Assembly: GCA_951406725.2 (NCBI GenBank)
Contig: OX597823.1
Coordinates: 8,432,001-8,496,000 of the forward strand
Direction: 5' to 3'
Length of the DNA: 64,000 nucleotides
DNA from: Octopus vulgaris
Taxonomy: Eukaryota
The notes under the pieces were generated by a model. It saw only the letters and a program-made list of their open reading frames with translations, had not been told where the DNA came from and ran no database searches. The stretch's first letter is position 1, and each line of letters starts with the position of its first letter. Made by a program: the position numbers and the translations under genes. Below are positions 1 to 13,277 of the stretch, piece after piece.

Positions 1-294
1 CTTATAGTCGTGATTCATATCGAGCCCTTCTGGGTATTAGCGCGCGTCTACGATGAGTCTGCGATAAAAAAAAAATACCATCAATTTTTCCCATTTTTAA
101 TGCATTTTTGGCATATATAAGGGAAGTAACTCTCTAAAAATTTATTATTAAATCTCAGAACGTAAAAAGTCACAGTAACACCCCCCACCTTTGTGGTTAG
201 CCATATTGAGATGGCTATTATACTTTACATCGCTAAAAATGCTTATATAGTTATTTCCCTTACAAACCCGAGCAACGCCAGGCGATACTGCTAG
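1..294 (+). mobile_element. 3' end of a Helitron-like non-autonomous element, truncated by the window start
   Basis: Ends ACCCGAGCAACGCCAGGCGATACTG-CTAG|T: a GC-rich subterminal hairpin-like motif followed by terminal CTAG (291-294) and a T target base, the classic Helitron 3' signature. Confidence 0.6.
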
Positions 295-369
295 TTTGTG
301 AATAAAAAGAAGTCGGAGTTTATCACCCTGAATACAACAGGTTAAAATCAGGACCAACGAATAGAAGCT

Positions 370-1382
370 CTTGAAAAATGTCAACGAGGTTACTTATACT
401 TACTTAGGCAGCAATATCGTGTCTACTGAAAAATATATTAAATCTCGCGTTGCTAAGGCTTGGGCAGCTAATAGACGGTCTTAGAATAATATGGAAGTCA
501 ACCCTACGAGATACATTGATGAGACATTTCTTCAGAACAGTTGTTGAAGCTGTGCTTCTATATGGATCTACGACTCTCAGTTGTATGCAGTGCTCAAAGT
601 CTCTTGGAGGGAGCACCCAACAAAGCAAACTACAAATGTCCTTAAGAAATTATTCATGAATATCAAAGACATTTAAAATAATAAATAGCTGTTCATTTAT
701 CTAAGAAATCAAATATTATGTTTATTTTTTTATAGATACAGTCCAGAATTACTGCAATAGTTTATGTGAAGTGAATTAATGTTATTAAGAAAATATATTT
801 GCAAAAAACATTTCAAATTTGGAATTATAACCATACCAAAACAAGCTATGGGTACAATTCGAGGGAAATTTGGTAAACCAACATACACACACTTTTAACT
901 CGGTAGTTCCTTAGTTACTGGTCTGCAACTCTTAATTCTTGAAGCAGACAAACAGAAAGATCTTGAAAATAGCTGCAACTTGAAGTATCCAACATACATG
1001 GTTAAAATTTTCCAAATATGATACAAAACTTAAAATTATACGACATGAAGAGGAAATTGAGAAATTTACGGGAATCGGAACTTGCGACTATTATGATACA
1101 TTCCTATATGGAATGTATCAACTTTCTCATCAACCATTCAAGAGCGGAGATTGAGGTTTGCTGGCCCTTGCTGGAGAAGTCAAGAAGAACTTGTGAGTAA
1201 TGTGTTGCTGTAGACACCAAATCCTGGTACCACAGCGGCCAAAAGACCACGGAAGACGTATATACAACAGCTTGCAGAAGATGTTGGATGCCAAATTGAA
1301 GACCTAAAAACACTAATGGAAGGTCGGGAGTGATGGAGAGAGGTAGTCAGGCTGGCCCGGGCAATCAGCCTGATTGGATGAT
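370..1382 (+). mobile_element. RTE-clade LINE 3' fragment (RT C-terminus), decayed and split by an insertion at about 629-1098
   Basis: Translates with frameshifts to YTYLGSNIVSTEKYIKSRVAKAWAA..LRIIWKS..FFRTVVEAVLLYG..SWREHPTKQ | FLYG..IQERRLRFAGPCWRSQEELVSNVLL*TP..RPRKTYIQQLAEDVG..DLKTLMEGRE*WREVV, typical RTE C-terminal motifs. Confidence 0.85.
623..1092 (+). repeat. 470-bp local duplication, copy 1 (inside the RTE)
   Basis: Near-identical to 2634-3102, with about 7 differences seen by eye. Confidence 0.95.
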
Positions 1383-2633
1383 ACCTTGATAGAAAAAGAA
1401 ATACTTATATGACTAACAAATATAGCGCAAATACCAAATATATTGAATAGCCTGCAACCTCTTAATCCGTGTTGCGTGGGTCTACATCAATAATCTCAGT
1501 TGGTTGTTGTGAATCACAGACGATTGTCCTCGACCTTGTCATATACAAAATTCCTGACTTCACTAGAAAGCTTTCAGACAAGAATTGAGCTGTATGTTTA
1601 TTGTCAATTTCTCGTTACGTAAGTCTATTGATGTCGGTGGAAGAGTAGACTCTTCCACATGGAAACTTGAGTCTTATTAATTTCGATAAAGAGCAGTGTT
1701 ACGCACTTATAAATGCCCATATGAGAGTGTAGTGATATATATTACAACGGAAGGGGAAAACTTTTGAATTACATATAATAAATAATTTTAGCAAAATAAG
1801 ACACAGTTTTATGCACAAGATACAACGACGGAATTTGTAATCAGAGGTGCAGTGACTTCTGAATTGGTTAAGGCAAATGATACACGAGTAAAAAATATCA
1901 GAAAAAGCAATTTTAGGAAAACTGTCTTTGAAAAATGACTTCCAGCTGAAGAAGAGTGAAGTTGTTTGATGAAAGAATTAAAACAACTGAGTTGGTAAAT
2001 GAAATATCGACAACTAAAAGAACATCTAATAAAATAACATTTGAAACTAGTCATTGACAAGAGGATTAAACTCGTTCAAATATATATAAACCATCCTGAA
2101 CGGAGAAAGAGCGCAGTTCTCAACTGAAGATCGTTGCGTCATGAAATTCAGTTTGCAAACAATAGAATTCACTCTAAATAAACGATACGTTTTACTGCAT
2201 TGATTACTATCTTTTAGCTGTTGACAAACTATAATATCAATCTGCTTATATATATCTATTTTTATACACACACACATCTTTATATATATAGCAGAATAAA
2301 GTTTATACAGGCAAGTAAAACACACATTCGCAAGCTCACATATTTTATTTATAATATATTTTATGAGCATATAAAATGTAAATTTTGTAAAAATTAAAAT
2401 AAACATGTGTAAAAATATATCTGTAGAGAGAAGATAAGGAGAGAGTGAGTAAGCGAGAGAGAGAGAGTGAAAGAGAGAGAGTTTAAGACAGTGACAGAAA
2501 TAAATGAACAAATGAACTAATTCGATCAAAGAATTAACCTCGTAGGTAGAAGTGTACGAAGTACAAGCTTTGCTTGCAAAGAATTGTGAATATGACAGCT
2601 GACTTGGAAAAGAAAAGTTGTTACATTTTTTTC

Positions 2634-3102
2634 AAGCAAACTACAAATGTCCTTAAGAAATTATTCATGAATATCAAAGACGTTTAAAATAATAAATAGC
2701 TGTTCATTTATCTAAGAAATCAAATATTATGTTTATTTTTTTATAGATACAGTCCAGAATTACTGCAATAGTTTATGTGAAGTGAATTAATGTTATTAAA
2801 AAATATATTTGTAAAAAACATTTCAAATTTGGAATTATAATCATACCAAAACAAGCTATGGGTATAATTCGAGGGAAGTTTGGTAAACCAACATACACAC
2901 ACTTTTAACTCGGTAGTTCCTTAGTTACTGGTCTGCAACTCTTAATTCTTGAAGCAGACAAACAGAAAGATCTTGAAAATAGCTGCAACTTGAAGTATCC
3001 AACATACATGGTTAAAATTTTCCAAATATGATACAAAACTTAAAATTATACGACATGAAGAGGAAATTGAGAATTTTACGGGAATCGGAACTTGCGACTA
3101 TT
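2634..3102 (+). repeat. 470-bp local duplication, copy 2 (probable donor)
   Basis: Runs AAGCAAACTACAAATGTCC...CTTGCGACTATT and matches 623-1092. Confidence 0.95.
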
Positions 3103-3151
3103 TTATACCGCTTGATTATACTACCGAGTACACAAATCTCTCTCTCTCTCT

Positions 3152-3231
<80 letters not shown>

Positions 3232-4558
3232 CTGTATCTATGTCTATATCTATATCTATATCTATAACTATCTATCTATCTATATTATTTTGAGACATGC
3301 ATCACACACACACCCACACTCATGCATGTGTGTGTGTGTGTGTTGTACTGAAAGTGTGTATAGTCTGAATATATGTTTATTTATGTGTAAACTAAATATG
3401 ATTACATTTTCGCTCGATGTGTTTGCTCGTTCAATCGATAATTTGGTTGATTGTACAGATTTTTCCCATTCCAGTAATGTGTACAGTCGACAGCAAAGGA
3501 TCGATCCAACGAAAGCATAGCTAAAAAACGTAAACCAATTCATTTAACACACACACACACACTCGCAAAATACGCATAAACTGTTTTCAGTTGAAAACAC
3601 ATTGCAGTATACAGCGAGCCCAGGGGTGCAACACTCAATACATTTCGTCATTGTATATATTATTTTGTATCTGATTAAAAAATTGAATTTAATTGAAATT
3701 ACGATTCTACGAAGTTGCTTTCCCTTTCGCATGTTACGTGGCTTGAAAGTTTTATTAGGAATTGATTACATTGACACCGCATTCCTCTCGTATACTTCTC
3801 TACGCATTTCATTAAACAGCAAAACAGCCATCCATTTAACCCATCAAATAGCCAATCGAATGTTCTTCTTTCTAGGACCTCTCTCTTTCTCCCTTTATAT
3901 AAATAGAGACAGCGAGAGAGGTAGATAAAGAGAGAGAGAGAGAAATTAGTCATGTGGTTGTAAATGCACCTTTGTTTTTCAGTGATCAATAAAAAGTAAA
4001 AATAAAAAAAATCTCAAAACTGGTACGGTATTTTAACGAATTTATAAAAAAAATTTTAAAAACTACAATTCCTTTTAAGGCCAAGCGCATTTTCAACGAC
4101 AAAACCAGTTTTCATCTGGTCTTGATAACACGAAAGTAAACGTTTGATATATATATAGCAAATTAGCATTTGTTCGAGTTTTATTGATGTAGACGTTTTG
4201 CAATAGTCTCTCTGCAAGTGATACATAACCGAATGACTAAGTTCAAGTATTAAGAAACACGTTTGTTAAAGCATCAGCCATTTCATAAGAATAGGATAAA
4301 TATATATAAGTATATACATATATATTTGCATATAAGCACACACATATACACACGTGCATAAATATATAACTAAATAAGCATACATAATGTTTGTGGTAAA
4401 CTGCACTCATAGGAATGTCTGAATTTGTTTTGGAACCAATACTGACTATTGTTAACTGCACAAATCATTTAGTTATAAGTAAATAAACCGGTTTACCAAC
4501 TTACAAATGTAATAATCGCTACACAGTTCTACTACAGATATATTTAATCATTCTGAGG

Positions 4559-5827
4559 TACGAGAGTGGGCTGAAAACTTCATAGGCTAATTATAGAGTG
4601 GCGCTAGAGCTATGAAACCTTGCATACATAAATTTCAATCCCTCCTTTTAATAACTACATTGTTTCTTTCCAGGTAAATTGACATTTGGTTGTTCAAAGA
4701 AGTCCTTAAACGTAATGAGTGGCGACTTCTCTTGATAATGGACAAAATGTGACACCCTGGTGTCATCAAGTACTTTCAGAAATAAAGGGTGTAGCACCCA
4801 AGGACACTCATGCTGACATGGTTGCCACATTAGGGGATGAGTTTCTAGTTTTATCAATAGCGCAAAAATGAAATGGACATCAACATTTAGGAGGGGAATG
4901 GAGAGTATTGAAGATGACCTAAGGTCTGGACGTCCTGCAATTGCCACCACCTACGAAGACATTGATCGTATTCAAGGCATGGTGATGGAAAACAGGTGAT
5001 TGACTCAAATCAAATAGCCAATGTTATTAATACATAACCTGTGAGAGTTGAGGATATTCTGGACATTGAACTTGGCGTGACGAAGGGTTTTGTTCGGTGG
5101 GTGCCATATCTTCTACCAGCTTATCAAAAGTCCAGCATAGGAAAATCTGACGCTGTTTGAGGCAGATTCGGCTGGTTTCCTTGAACGTTATCTTATTTAG
5201 GATGAGTGTTGGGTTCATCACTTTGAGCCAGAGAGAAAGAGACAATCCTACAGGGCAAACATCTCTCCTCACATGCTCCAATGAAAGCCAATATTTTTTC
5301 ATCTGCAGGGAAGGTAATGGACTTAGTTTTTTGAGATGTTAAAGGTATTGTCTTTATTGACTATCTTAGTCAATAAAGCGTCACACTATGGATGCAGAGC
5401 ACTATGCCAACTTGCTGAGGCAATGAAGACCAGCGCTCAGGAAAACTAACGTAAGGGATCTTGTTTCACCAGGACAGTGCTCCAACATACAAGTCCTTAG
5501 TTTCATTGGCTGCTGGGCGTGACTCTGGCTTTGAACTGGTTGATCATCTTTCCTATTTTCCTCATTTGGTCCCATCAGATTTTCACCTGTTCCCCAAAGA
5601 AACATTTGGCTGGGAGCCAATATAGCAGTGATGATGTTATATATGCTGTTGATAACTTTGTTGACCAACTGGATGAAAGTTTCTTCACCAATGGGATGCA
5701 AACATTGCAACACCGAAGGAAAAAAGTGTGTGGACTGCAAGGGAACTATGTTAAAAAGTAAACCTCATTTGGTCATATTCCATAACCGTATCTTGGTCAG
5801 CTTATGAGCATTTCAACCGGCCTTCTG
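4559..5827 (+). mobile_element. Mariner (Tc1/mariner) transposon, roughly full length, transposase pseudogene
   Basis: TA-CGAGAGTGGGCTGAAAACTTCATAGGCT at the left with a degenerate inverted copy at about 5797-5827. Motifs RWVPYLL (WVPHEL-like), DECWVHHFEPE, LFHQDSAP, HLSYFPHLVPSDF (YSPDLAPSD-like) and C-terminal GNYVKK. Length about 1.27 kb. Confidence 0.9.
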
Positions 5828-5837
5828 AGATATTTTA

Positions 5838-5972
5838 CAGGGCTTAGAAGAACCGAAGGACTGCTGCAATAAGTGCGTGAATCTGTGAGGGGACTATGTA
5901 GAATAAAATCATAATCAACTGATCCACATGTATTTTGTTTTACCCAAAGCGAAAAATTATTTTAGCACCCTC
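5838..5972 (+). mobile_element. 3' terminal fragment of a second mariner family
   Basis: KCVNL*GDYVE* C-terminus followed by a TIR-like ...TTTTAGCACCCTC end. Confidence 0.6.
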
Positions 5973-6148
5973 TCCTCCTCCTCCTCCTTTTTCTTCTTCC
6001 CTAACGACCTCGAACCCACAAGAGTAAACAAGAGAGACAGAGACAAGCAGAAACAAGGAAAATGCCACTTTTATTTGAACACTACAAATATTCTTTTAAA
6101 AAAAACTTTTGTTTTAATTTTTCTAAATATGATTTTATTTAATTGTTA

Positions 6149-6184
6149 CAGTTGAAAAAGTCTCAATGACTGAAACCGGTACTG
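6149..6184 (+). ncRNA. Minimal type I hammerhead ribozyme, U3-A8 core variant (Penelope-type pLTR remnant)
   Basis: CAG-UUGAAAA-AGUC(UCAAU)GACU-GAAA-CCG-GUA^CUG. Stem I is CAG/CUG, stem II is AGUC/GACU, stem III is the palindrome ACCGGU, and the cleavage triplet is GUA. A short tail then runs into (TA)n. Confidence 0.65.
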
Positions 6185-6231
6185 AAATGTTTTTTATAAA
6201 ATTAGTTAGCATTTTCTATCTTGACTTTTTT

Positions 6232-6299
<68 letters not shown>

Positions 6300-6336
6300 G
6301 TATATATACACACACATAGACGCGCGCACATACGCG

Positions 6337-6372
<36 letters not shown>

Positions 6373-7011
6373 TATATATATATATATATAGAGAGAGAGA
6401 GTGAAAGAGAGAGAGACACACACACACACATGTGCATATATATACAAAATGACATTGGACACAAATGATAAGAGCACATATACATAAACGAAGCGAACGA
6501 AAAAATAAGCAATAGCTTCCCCAGACATTTTTGTTGCATCGATGCCTAGAAACACATTTACCTTACTGACGTTAACGATCATGCGAATGTGTCCCTTGGA
6601 CATTGATAATGGGGAGATGATAAGTAAAAGCCAAGAAGAATATATAGTTAATTCTTACTAACTGGCACATAAAACATAAAGACGCGAACGAAAATATTGT
6701 GAAGAATTAGAGTCTGTCAGGAAGTGAAAGACATTAGTTTTTGATAGTAAAAATAAAAGAAAAGAAGACGAGACTACAATGCAGCAGGTACGGTGCCAAA
6801 AACGGATAGCGAGGAAAATAGTGGTTAGACTTAGTTTCTGAAGGAACAGCGAAGAGATGCAAGTTTGGGCCGTTCTCTAGGTAAATTAAACCGAGAAAAA
6901 TCTTAAGGTTACAAAACTGCCTAACATAGCAACATCTAAGAAAACATGTGTGTATTTAGATATATGTTTCAGATAGGTAGATATAATAAATAACATATTG
7001 GTTTAAATATT

Positions 7012-7202
7012 TGGCACAAGGCCAGCAGTTTTGGGGAATGGGAAGTCAATTATATAGTGTTCAACTGGTACTTATATTGTCGATCCCGGAAAGATGAAAT
7101 GCAAAGTCAACCTTGACGGAATTTGAAATCAAAATGTAAAGACAAGACGAAATGATGCTTCACATATTGCCCGCCGTGTTAACGATTCTGCAAATTCGTC
7201 CG
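7012..7202 (-). mobile_element. SINE family A, degenerate copy
   Basis: Reverse-complement similarity to 10766-10997. Confidence 0.75.
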
Positions 7203-7213
7203 ACTCTTCACGC

Positions 7214-7252
<39 letters not shown>

Positions 7253-7305
7253 CATATATATATATATATATTTATATTTACATACATATATATATATACA
7301 TATAC

Positions 7306-7370
<65 letters not shown>

Positions 7371-7371
<1 letters not shown>

Positions 7372-7599
7372 TTTATTCAAAGCAGCAGAAAATTCAACAA
7401 AACCTGTTACTCTGAGCTCCCGTTGCCGTTCGTCGGACAGTTTTTGCTAGAAAAAAAACTGTCCGACGAACGGCAACGGGAAAACTCAGAGTAACAGGTT
7501 TTGTTGAATTTTCTGCTGCTTTGAATAAAGCATATTACTCTACCACTGGTATTTGAGTACTCTTTTTTCCACCTTGTTTCACATTTATGTGTTTACTCC

Positions 7600-7601
<2 letters not shown>
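7371..7601 (+). mobile_element. Penelope-type foldback (inverted pLTR) non-autonomous element inside (TA)n
   Basis: Inverted arms at about 7371-7445 and 7454-7530 plus a 70-bp unpaired tail, with (TA)n on both flanks. Contains a hammerhead-like motif. Confidence 0.7.
7455..7502 (+). ncRNA. Hammerhead-like motif (CCGACGA core, slightly degenerate)
   Basis: AAAACUGU-CCGACGA-ACG(GCAA)CGG-GAAAA-CUCAGA-GUA^ACAG(G)UUUU. Stem I is CUGU/ACAG, stem II is GNRA-capped, and stem III is the near-palindrome ACUC-A-GAGU. Confidence 0.55.
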
Positions 7602-7659
<58 letters not shown>

Positions 7660-7679
7660 TATATATGTATATATGTATT

Positions 7680-7729
<50 letters not shown>

Positions 7730-7755
7730 TATATATATGTATGTATGTACGTACG

Positions 7756-8027
7756 GTGAAGGCGCATGGCTCTGAGGACCGGACTGCATGTTGAGTTCTT
7801 GAGCAAGAACTTTACTTCATGTTGTTCTAGTTCACTTCAGCTGTAGAAATGAGTTGCGACATCACTAGTGCAAAGTAGTATCAGCCTTTGCCTTTCCCTT
7901 GGATAACATTGGTAGAGTGGAGAGAGTAGCTGGTCTTCCATAAAAGCTTTACCCTAACTTGTGCCTCGGAGGGCAACGTTTTAGGTGCAATCTCATGGTC
8001 ATTCATGACCGACGGGTGTCTTTACCC
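7756..8027 (+). mobile_element. SINE family D, degenerate copy
   Basis: Shares GAAGGCGCATGGCTC..GAGTTGCGACATCACT..GGTCATTCATGACCGA blocks with 40921-41237 and 53331-53660. Confidence 0.7.
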
Positions 8028-8351
8028 TATATATATATGTATGTATGTTTGCATGTGTGTGTGTGTGAGTGTGTGTGTATGTATAATATATATATGTTAG
8101 TATCATTAAAATGTGTAAGAATGACAGTAAGAATGGCTATAAGGAATTTATTTTCATATTCTTTCAACAGAATAACATTTTTGAATTGTATTTTCAAATA
8201 GTCTTCATGGAAGATACGTGAAGGAAAATTATGATAATTTTTACTAAGACGTATTACTATTCTAACAAAAAACAAAGATACATTGAATCAAATATAATTA
8301 AATGCATGTACACACACACATGTTTGTGTATACATACGTACATGCATACAT

Positions 8352-8630
<279 letters not shown>

Positions 8631-9399
8631 TATATGTACGTAGTTAAATACATATATATGTATGTACATGCATTGCGGACACTAAAATCAGTTTAATGTT
8701 CTTGCTTATTGAATTAAATAAAATTAAATGCGTGTACACACACAATTGTATGATTGAGAAATAATGAAGTTGTTACGATGATATCCGATACCTAAGTTAC
8801 ATTCGTTTTCGGAGTTGTCTTCGTATAATTCTTGACGTTTGAAACAAAATTGCTGCATTCGTTGTAATGAATTCTTTGTCTTTCTGTTCTTTATAATCAC
8901 AGGAGCTTATTGTAAACAGAAAAGAAACTTATATATCATTAAGCGTTCTTTCTAAACCTTTTTATTTAATGTCAAATTAAATATCAAAAGTTTGAAGGAG
9001 ATAATATCAAATTTCTAATATATCTAATTTGCTTGCAAATATCTTAAGCTTGTGATGAAAAGATTCAAATTTTTAACAAATGCTGTAATTCCTAACATAT
9101 TTCGCTTTTATTCTTATTTAATTTTATTTTATAATTATAAATATATCTTTGTTAGAATCGTAATACATATTAGCAATTATGATCATAATTTCTTTTCAGG
9201 TTTCTTCTTGAAAACTAGTTGAAATTTCTATTTAACAATCTTATTCTGTCGAAAGAATATTAGAATAAATTTCTTATAACCATTCTTACATTAATATTCA
9301 TACATTAACATTCTTACATTAATATTACTTATTGATGAAAACTTTTTCATTGTCACTTTTTATAATGTCTGTCGTGTTTTCTTTCCTGTACAGCAATTC

Positions 9400-10660
9400 T
9401 AAATTGTTGACTTCTTTACAGTCCACAGTTTGGCATATGTATTGTATCACTGGTATATCCGTTTCTCACTGCATCATCTGAAGCGAGTACTTCGCCCAAA
9501 TATAACTGATACGTTAAAAAATAGCCTACGACTTGAAATATTCTTGTACATCTTAAAAGAATATGTAATTTATGAGTAGTTGGTAAATTGTTTTGAAATT
9601 CCTTCCGTTGTTTGAGAATTAAACTGAAAGTTGAATAAGCAAAGCTAATTTTCATTTAGAATTACTTTACCATTGGCAAATAATCCCAAACGAAAACTCG
9701 AGTCATCAAAGATTTAACAATTCTTACATATTTTACAATTTGAGTACGGAAGCTCGGAGATGATGTATGATGGAACACAAAATTTGTATATGGTAAATTA
9801 TGAACCGACATTACTTACCAACTCATTTCAATTTCTCTACAAAAGATATATTTAAATCCTCTTCTATCACCGTGACGTAACGAATTGTTAAGACATGCAC
9901 TTCTGTGTAATGTGAATAATAATAACATAGCTGCAAATAATTTCAGAAACTTGAAAACTCGTTGATTATCACCGACCTTCTAATAATGTAAATTATTGCA
10001 TGAATGAGTCTAAATTGGGATAATATTGAACCAAACTGGTCAGTAAATTATTTGTCTTTCAAATTTAAGAAACGTTTCAATATTGAGATGACCAACATGG
10101 ATTCATCTGAAAAATGAGCTTCCTTGATTTTAACTCTTCAAATACTATTTTTGAATTATTGTAGATTACTCCCCTCAACGAAATTAATCTCAAATATTCT
10201 ATTACGTTTCGCCTTTTGTCTAAAAATACAGCTATTCCATGTCTAAAATGGACTCTGCATTGTTGGTATACATATTAACACATGTCATACTGACGTCATG
10301 TTTGAAGTTGTTAGAACAAAAAATAGATTTTATTCATTTACAGAAATAACTTAGATAAGAAGTACACAGCAAAGATATATAAGAAATTTATATCTGTACG
10401 GTGGGTAAAATTTCCTATAGCTATAGTTGATAAATAGGAAATTATATCAGTACAAGTATTAAATGCAACTGAGACTAAGCAGAACATGTTTTAGTGAAGA
10501 AGTCAAATAAAATCGAAACATCAATTTTTCCTTTCGCAAGCTGACATCAGAATCTAGATTCACTCTAATCCCTGTTGTCCTTATTGTCCCAAAATTTCGT
10601 CCTGCTTGTCTTATTGGGGTTATTTCCTTTACGTGTTCTAAGATTTTGAACATCATTATT
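9400..10660 (-). pseudogene. Highly decayed Gypsy/Ty3 pol relic (RT remnant plus integrase)
   Basis: Minus-strand translations: IHVGHLNIETFLKFERQIIY*P (integrase zinc-finger, LH.GHLGIEK....AR..YWP-like, about 10040-10100), FKYIFCR..HHTSSPSFRTQIVKYVRIVKSLM (integrase core, TSSPYHPQSNG..ER.V..VK-like) and VSLRKEKLMF (RT L...KC.F-like). Confidence 0.55.
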
Positions 10661-10719
10661 ATGAAGTTTATCCGCTAATTGCTTGGAATGTTTTAGTTCA
10701 TCGAAACTTTTCAACTTAC

Positions 10720-10765
<46 letters not shown>

Positions 10766-10767
<2 letters not shown>

Positions 10768-10993
10768 CGGCGAGCTGGCAGAAACGTTAGCACGTCGGGC
10801 GAAATGCGTAGCCGTATTTCGTCTGCCGTTAAGTGTTCTGGGTTCAAATTCCGCCGAGGTCGACTTTGCCTTTCATCCTTTCGGGGTCGATAAATTAGGT
10901 ACCAGTTACGCACTGGGGTCGATGTAATCGACTTAATCCCTTTGTCTGTCCTTGTTTGTCCCCTCTATGTTTAGCCCCTTGTGGGTAGTAAAG

Positions 10994-10997
<4 letters not shown>
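10766..10997 (+). mobile_element. SINE family A, full length, inserted in (TA)n
   Basis: tRNA-like head GGCGGCGAGCTGGCAGAAACGTTAGC..GGTTCAAATTCC, body GCCTTTCATCCTTTCGGGGTCGATAAA, tail GTAGTAAAGAAATA. Multi-copy in this window. Confidence 0.9.
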
Positions 10998-11040
<43 letters not shown>

Positions 11041-11299
11041 CACGTTCGAAACGTAGAGTAGATGAAACCATGGCGAGTGAAGAAGGGGTTTTTTCCTTGT
11101 GTTATTTGTCCTGTACTCTATTTTTTTGTTGTTTAAGAAAAATGTCCAGTTCCTTGGGTTTGTGTCTATGTTTTCGTTTCTCATTGTGTTCGACGTGTTT
11201 TTTGTGTCCTGTACTCATATATGCGTGTATATATACATTTAGAGGTAGGTACGTACATATGTGTATATATATATATGCATATGTTTTATTTATTAATAT

Positions 11300-11361
<62 letters not shown>

Positions 11362-11825
11362 CCCCAATTGTATATGTATTGTATTTAACATGCATTTGTA
11401 TTTTGTATCAGCCATATTGTTAGATTTAAATATTCAGCCTACTGTGCAGAAGTCCACAAATTAGATTTGATACGTTACATAATAATATAAATGTTTGAAT
11501 ATACACGAATATACACCATAATATCAAACTTATTTAGAAATTCCGCACAAGAAATTTGACAAATATGACTAAAATCGCTGTGAGTTTTTTCTAGAGGAAA
11601 ATATCCTTTATTGAGCGTAGTTAGGATTTAGATTGGTGATTGCTTGGAAATCTAGGTTCTGTAAGTAAAACCATTACAAGCTGGTGCTCTGGCATGGTCA
11701 GAGTTTAATGACTGAAACAAGTAAAAGATACAAGTTATTACGAGGCATAGGAAATCATCATCAGAGCAAATACAAAAGAAATTCTATGTGCAGGGATGAG
11801 CAGCATTAAGATGAAAATCATAGAT

Positions 11826-12002
11826 AGGCGCAGGAGTGGCTGTGTGGTAAGTAGCTTGTTTACTAACCACATGGTTCCGGGTTCAGTCCCACTGCGTGGC
11901 ACCTTGGGCAAATGTCTTCTACTATAGCCTCGGGCCGACCAAAGCCTTGTGAGTGGATTTGGTAGACGGAAACTGAAAGAAGCCCGTCGTATATATGTAT
12001 AT

Positions 12003-12065
<63 letters not shown>

Positions 12066-12316
12066 TGCGTGTGTGTGTTTGTGTGTCTGTGTTTGTCCCC
12101 CTAGCATTGCTTGACAACCGATGCTGGTGTGTTTATGTCCCCGTTACTTAGCGGTTCGGCAAAAGAGACCGATAGAATAAGTACTGGGCTTACATAAGAA
12201 TAAGTCCCGGGATCGAGTTGCTCGACTAAAGGAGGCGGTGCTCCAGCATGGCCGCAGTCAAATGACTGAAACAAGTAAAAGAATAAAAGAATAAAAGAGT
12301 AAAGAGTAAAGAGTAA
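11826..12316 (+). mobile_element. SINE family B with internal (TA)n and a (TAAAAGA)-like tail
   Basis: Head GGCGCAGGAGTGGCTGTGTGGTAAG..GGTTCAGTCCC. Other copies at 18665, 29129, 43030 and 45690. Confidence 0.9.
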
Positions 12317-12835
12317 TACAAGAATGATATATTTCAAGCAGTTGCTGGAACATCCGTTATGGCGAGCTTCCGGCCAGAAGCCATTTTGCGATGTTCAACT
12401 TTTCTGGAGAAACTTCGACACTGAAGCAAAATCAATTTTCGTTTCCTCTCTTTTTTTGGTGGCTGTATATTTATAATTTTAAATTATTGTGATAACATTC
12501 GAAATACCATGCTGAAAACGTGACTGAAAATCATTGAAAAATATTGTTGCGAACTTTTACTTGTTTACAAATCATATATTTTTGTTAGACCGCTGAATAT
12601 ATATAATGATTGCCAGATTATACGCGAACATCAAGAGAAACCATGGACGCTAATACTGCAATTTAAAATTTAAGTTTTCGTAATAAGTTTGGCCGAGGCA
12701 ATTTTTTAAAACTTCCGACAGCTATTTTGGGGTTTCGATTGCAACAACAAATATGATATTTTCAATCGTAACAATGTTTTAAAATGAATTAGTCATGTTT
12801 ACATTGCCGACCACAGCAAAGTATCATAGAGATGC

Positions 12836-13277
<442 letters not shown>

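Noticed and set aside
12255-12281. SINE B tail CAGTC-AAAT-GACTG-AAACAAGTA resembling a hammerhead 3' half
   Set aside because: No upstream CUGANGA-type core or stem I. It is better explained as a LINE-type 3' stem-loop.
12335-12395. Minus-strand AAAATGGCT start, MASGRKLAITDVPATA*
   Set aside because: It stops after 16 codons with no splice donor or recognisable homology. It may be a transposon remnant.
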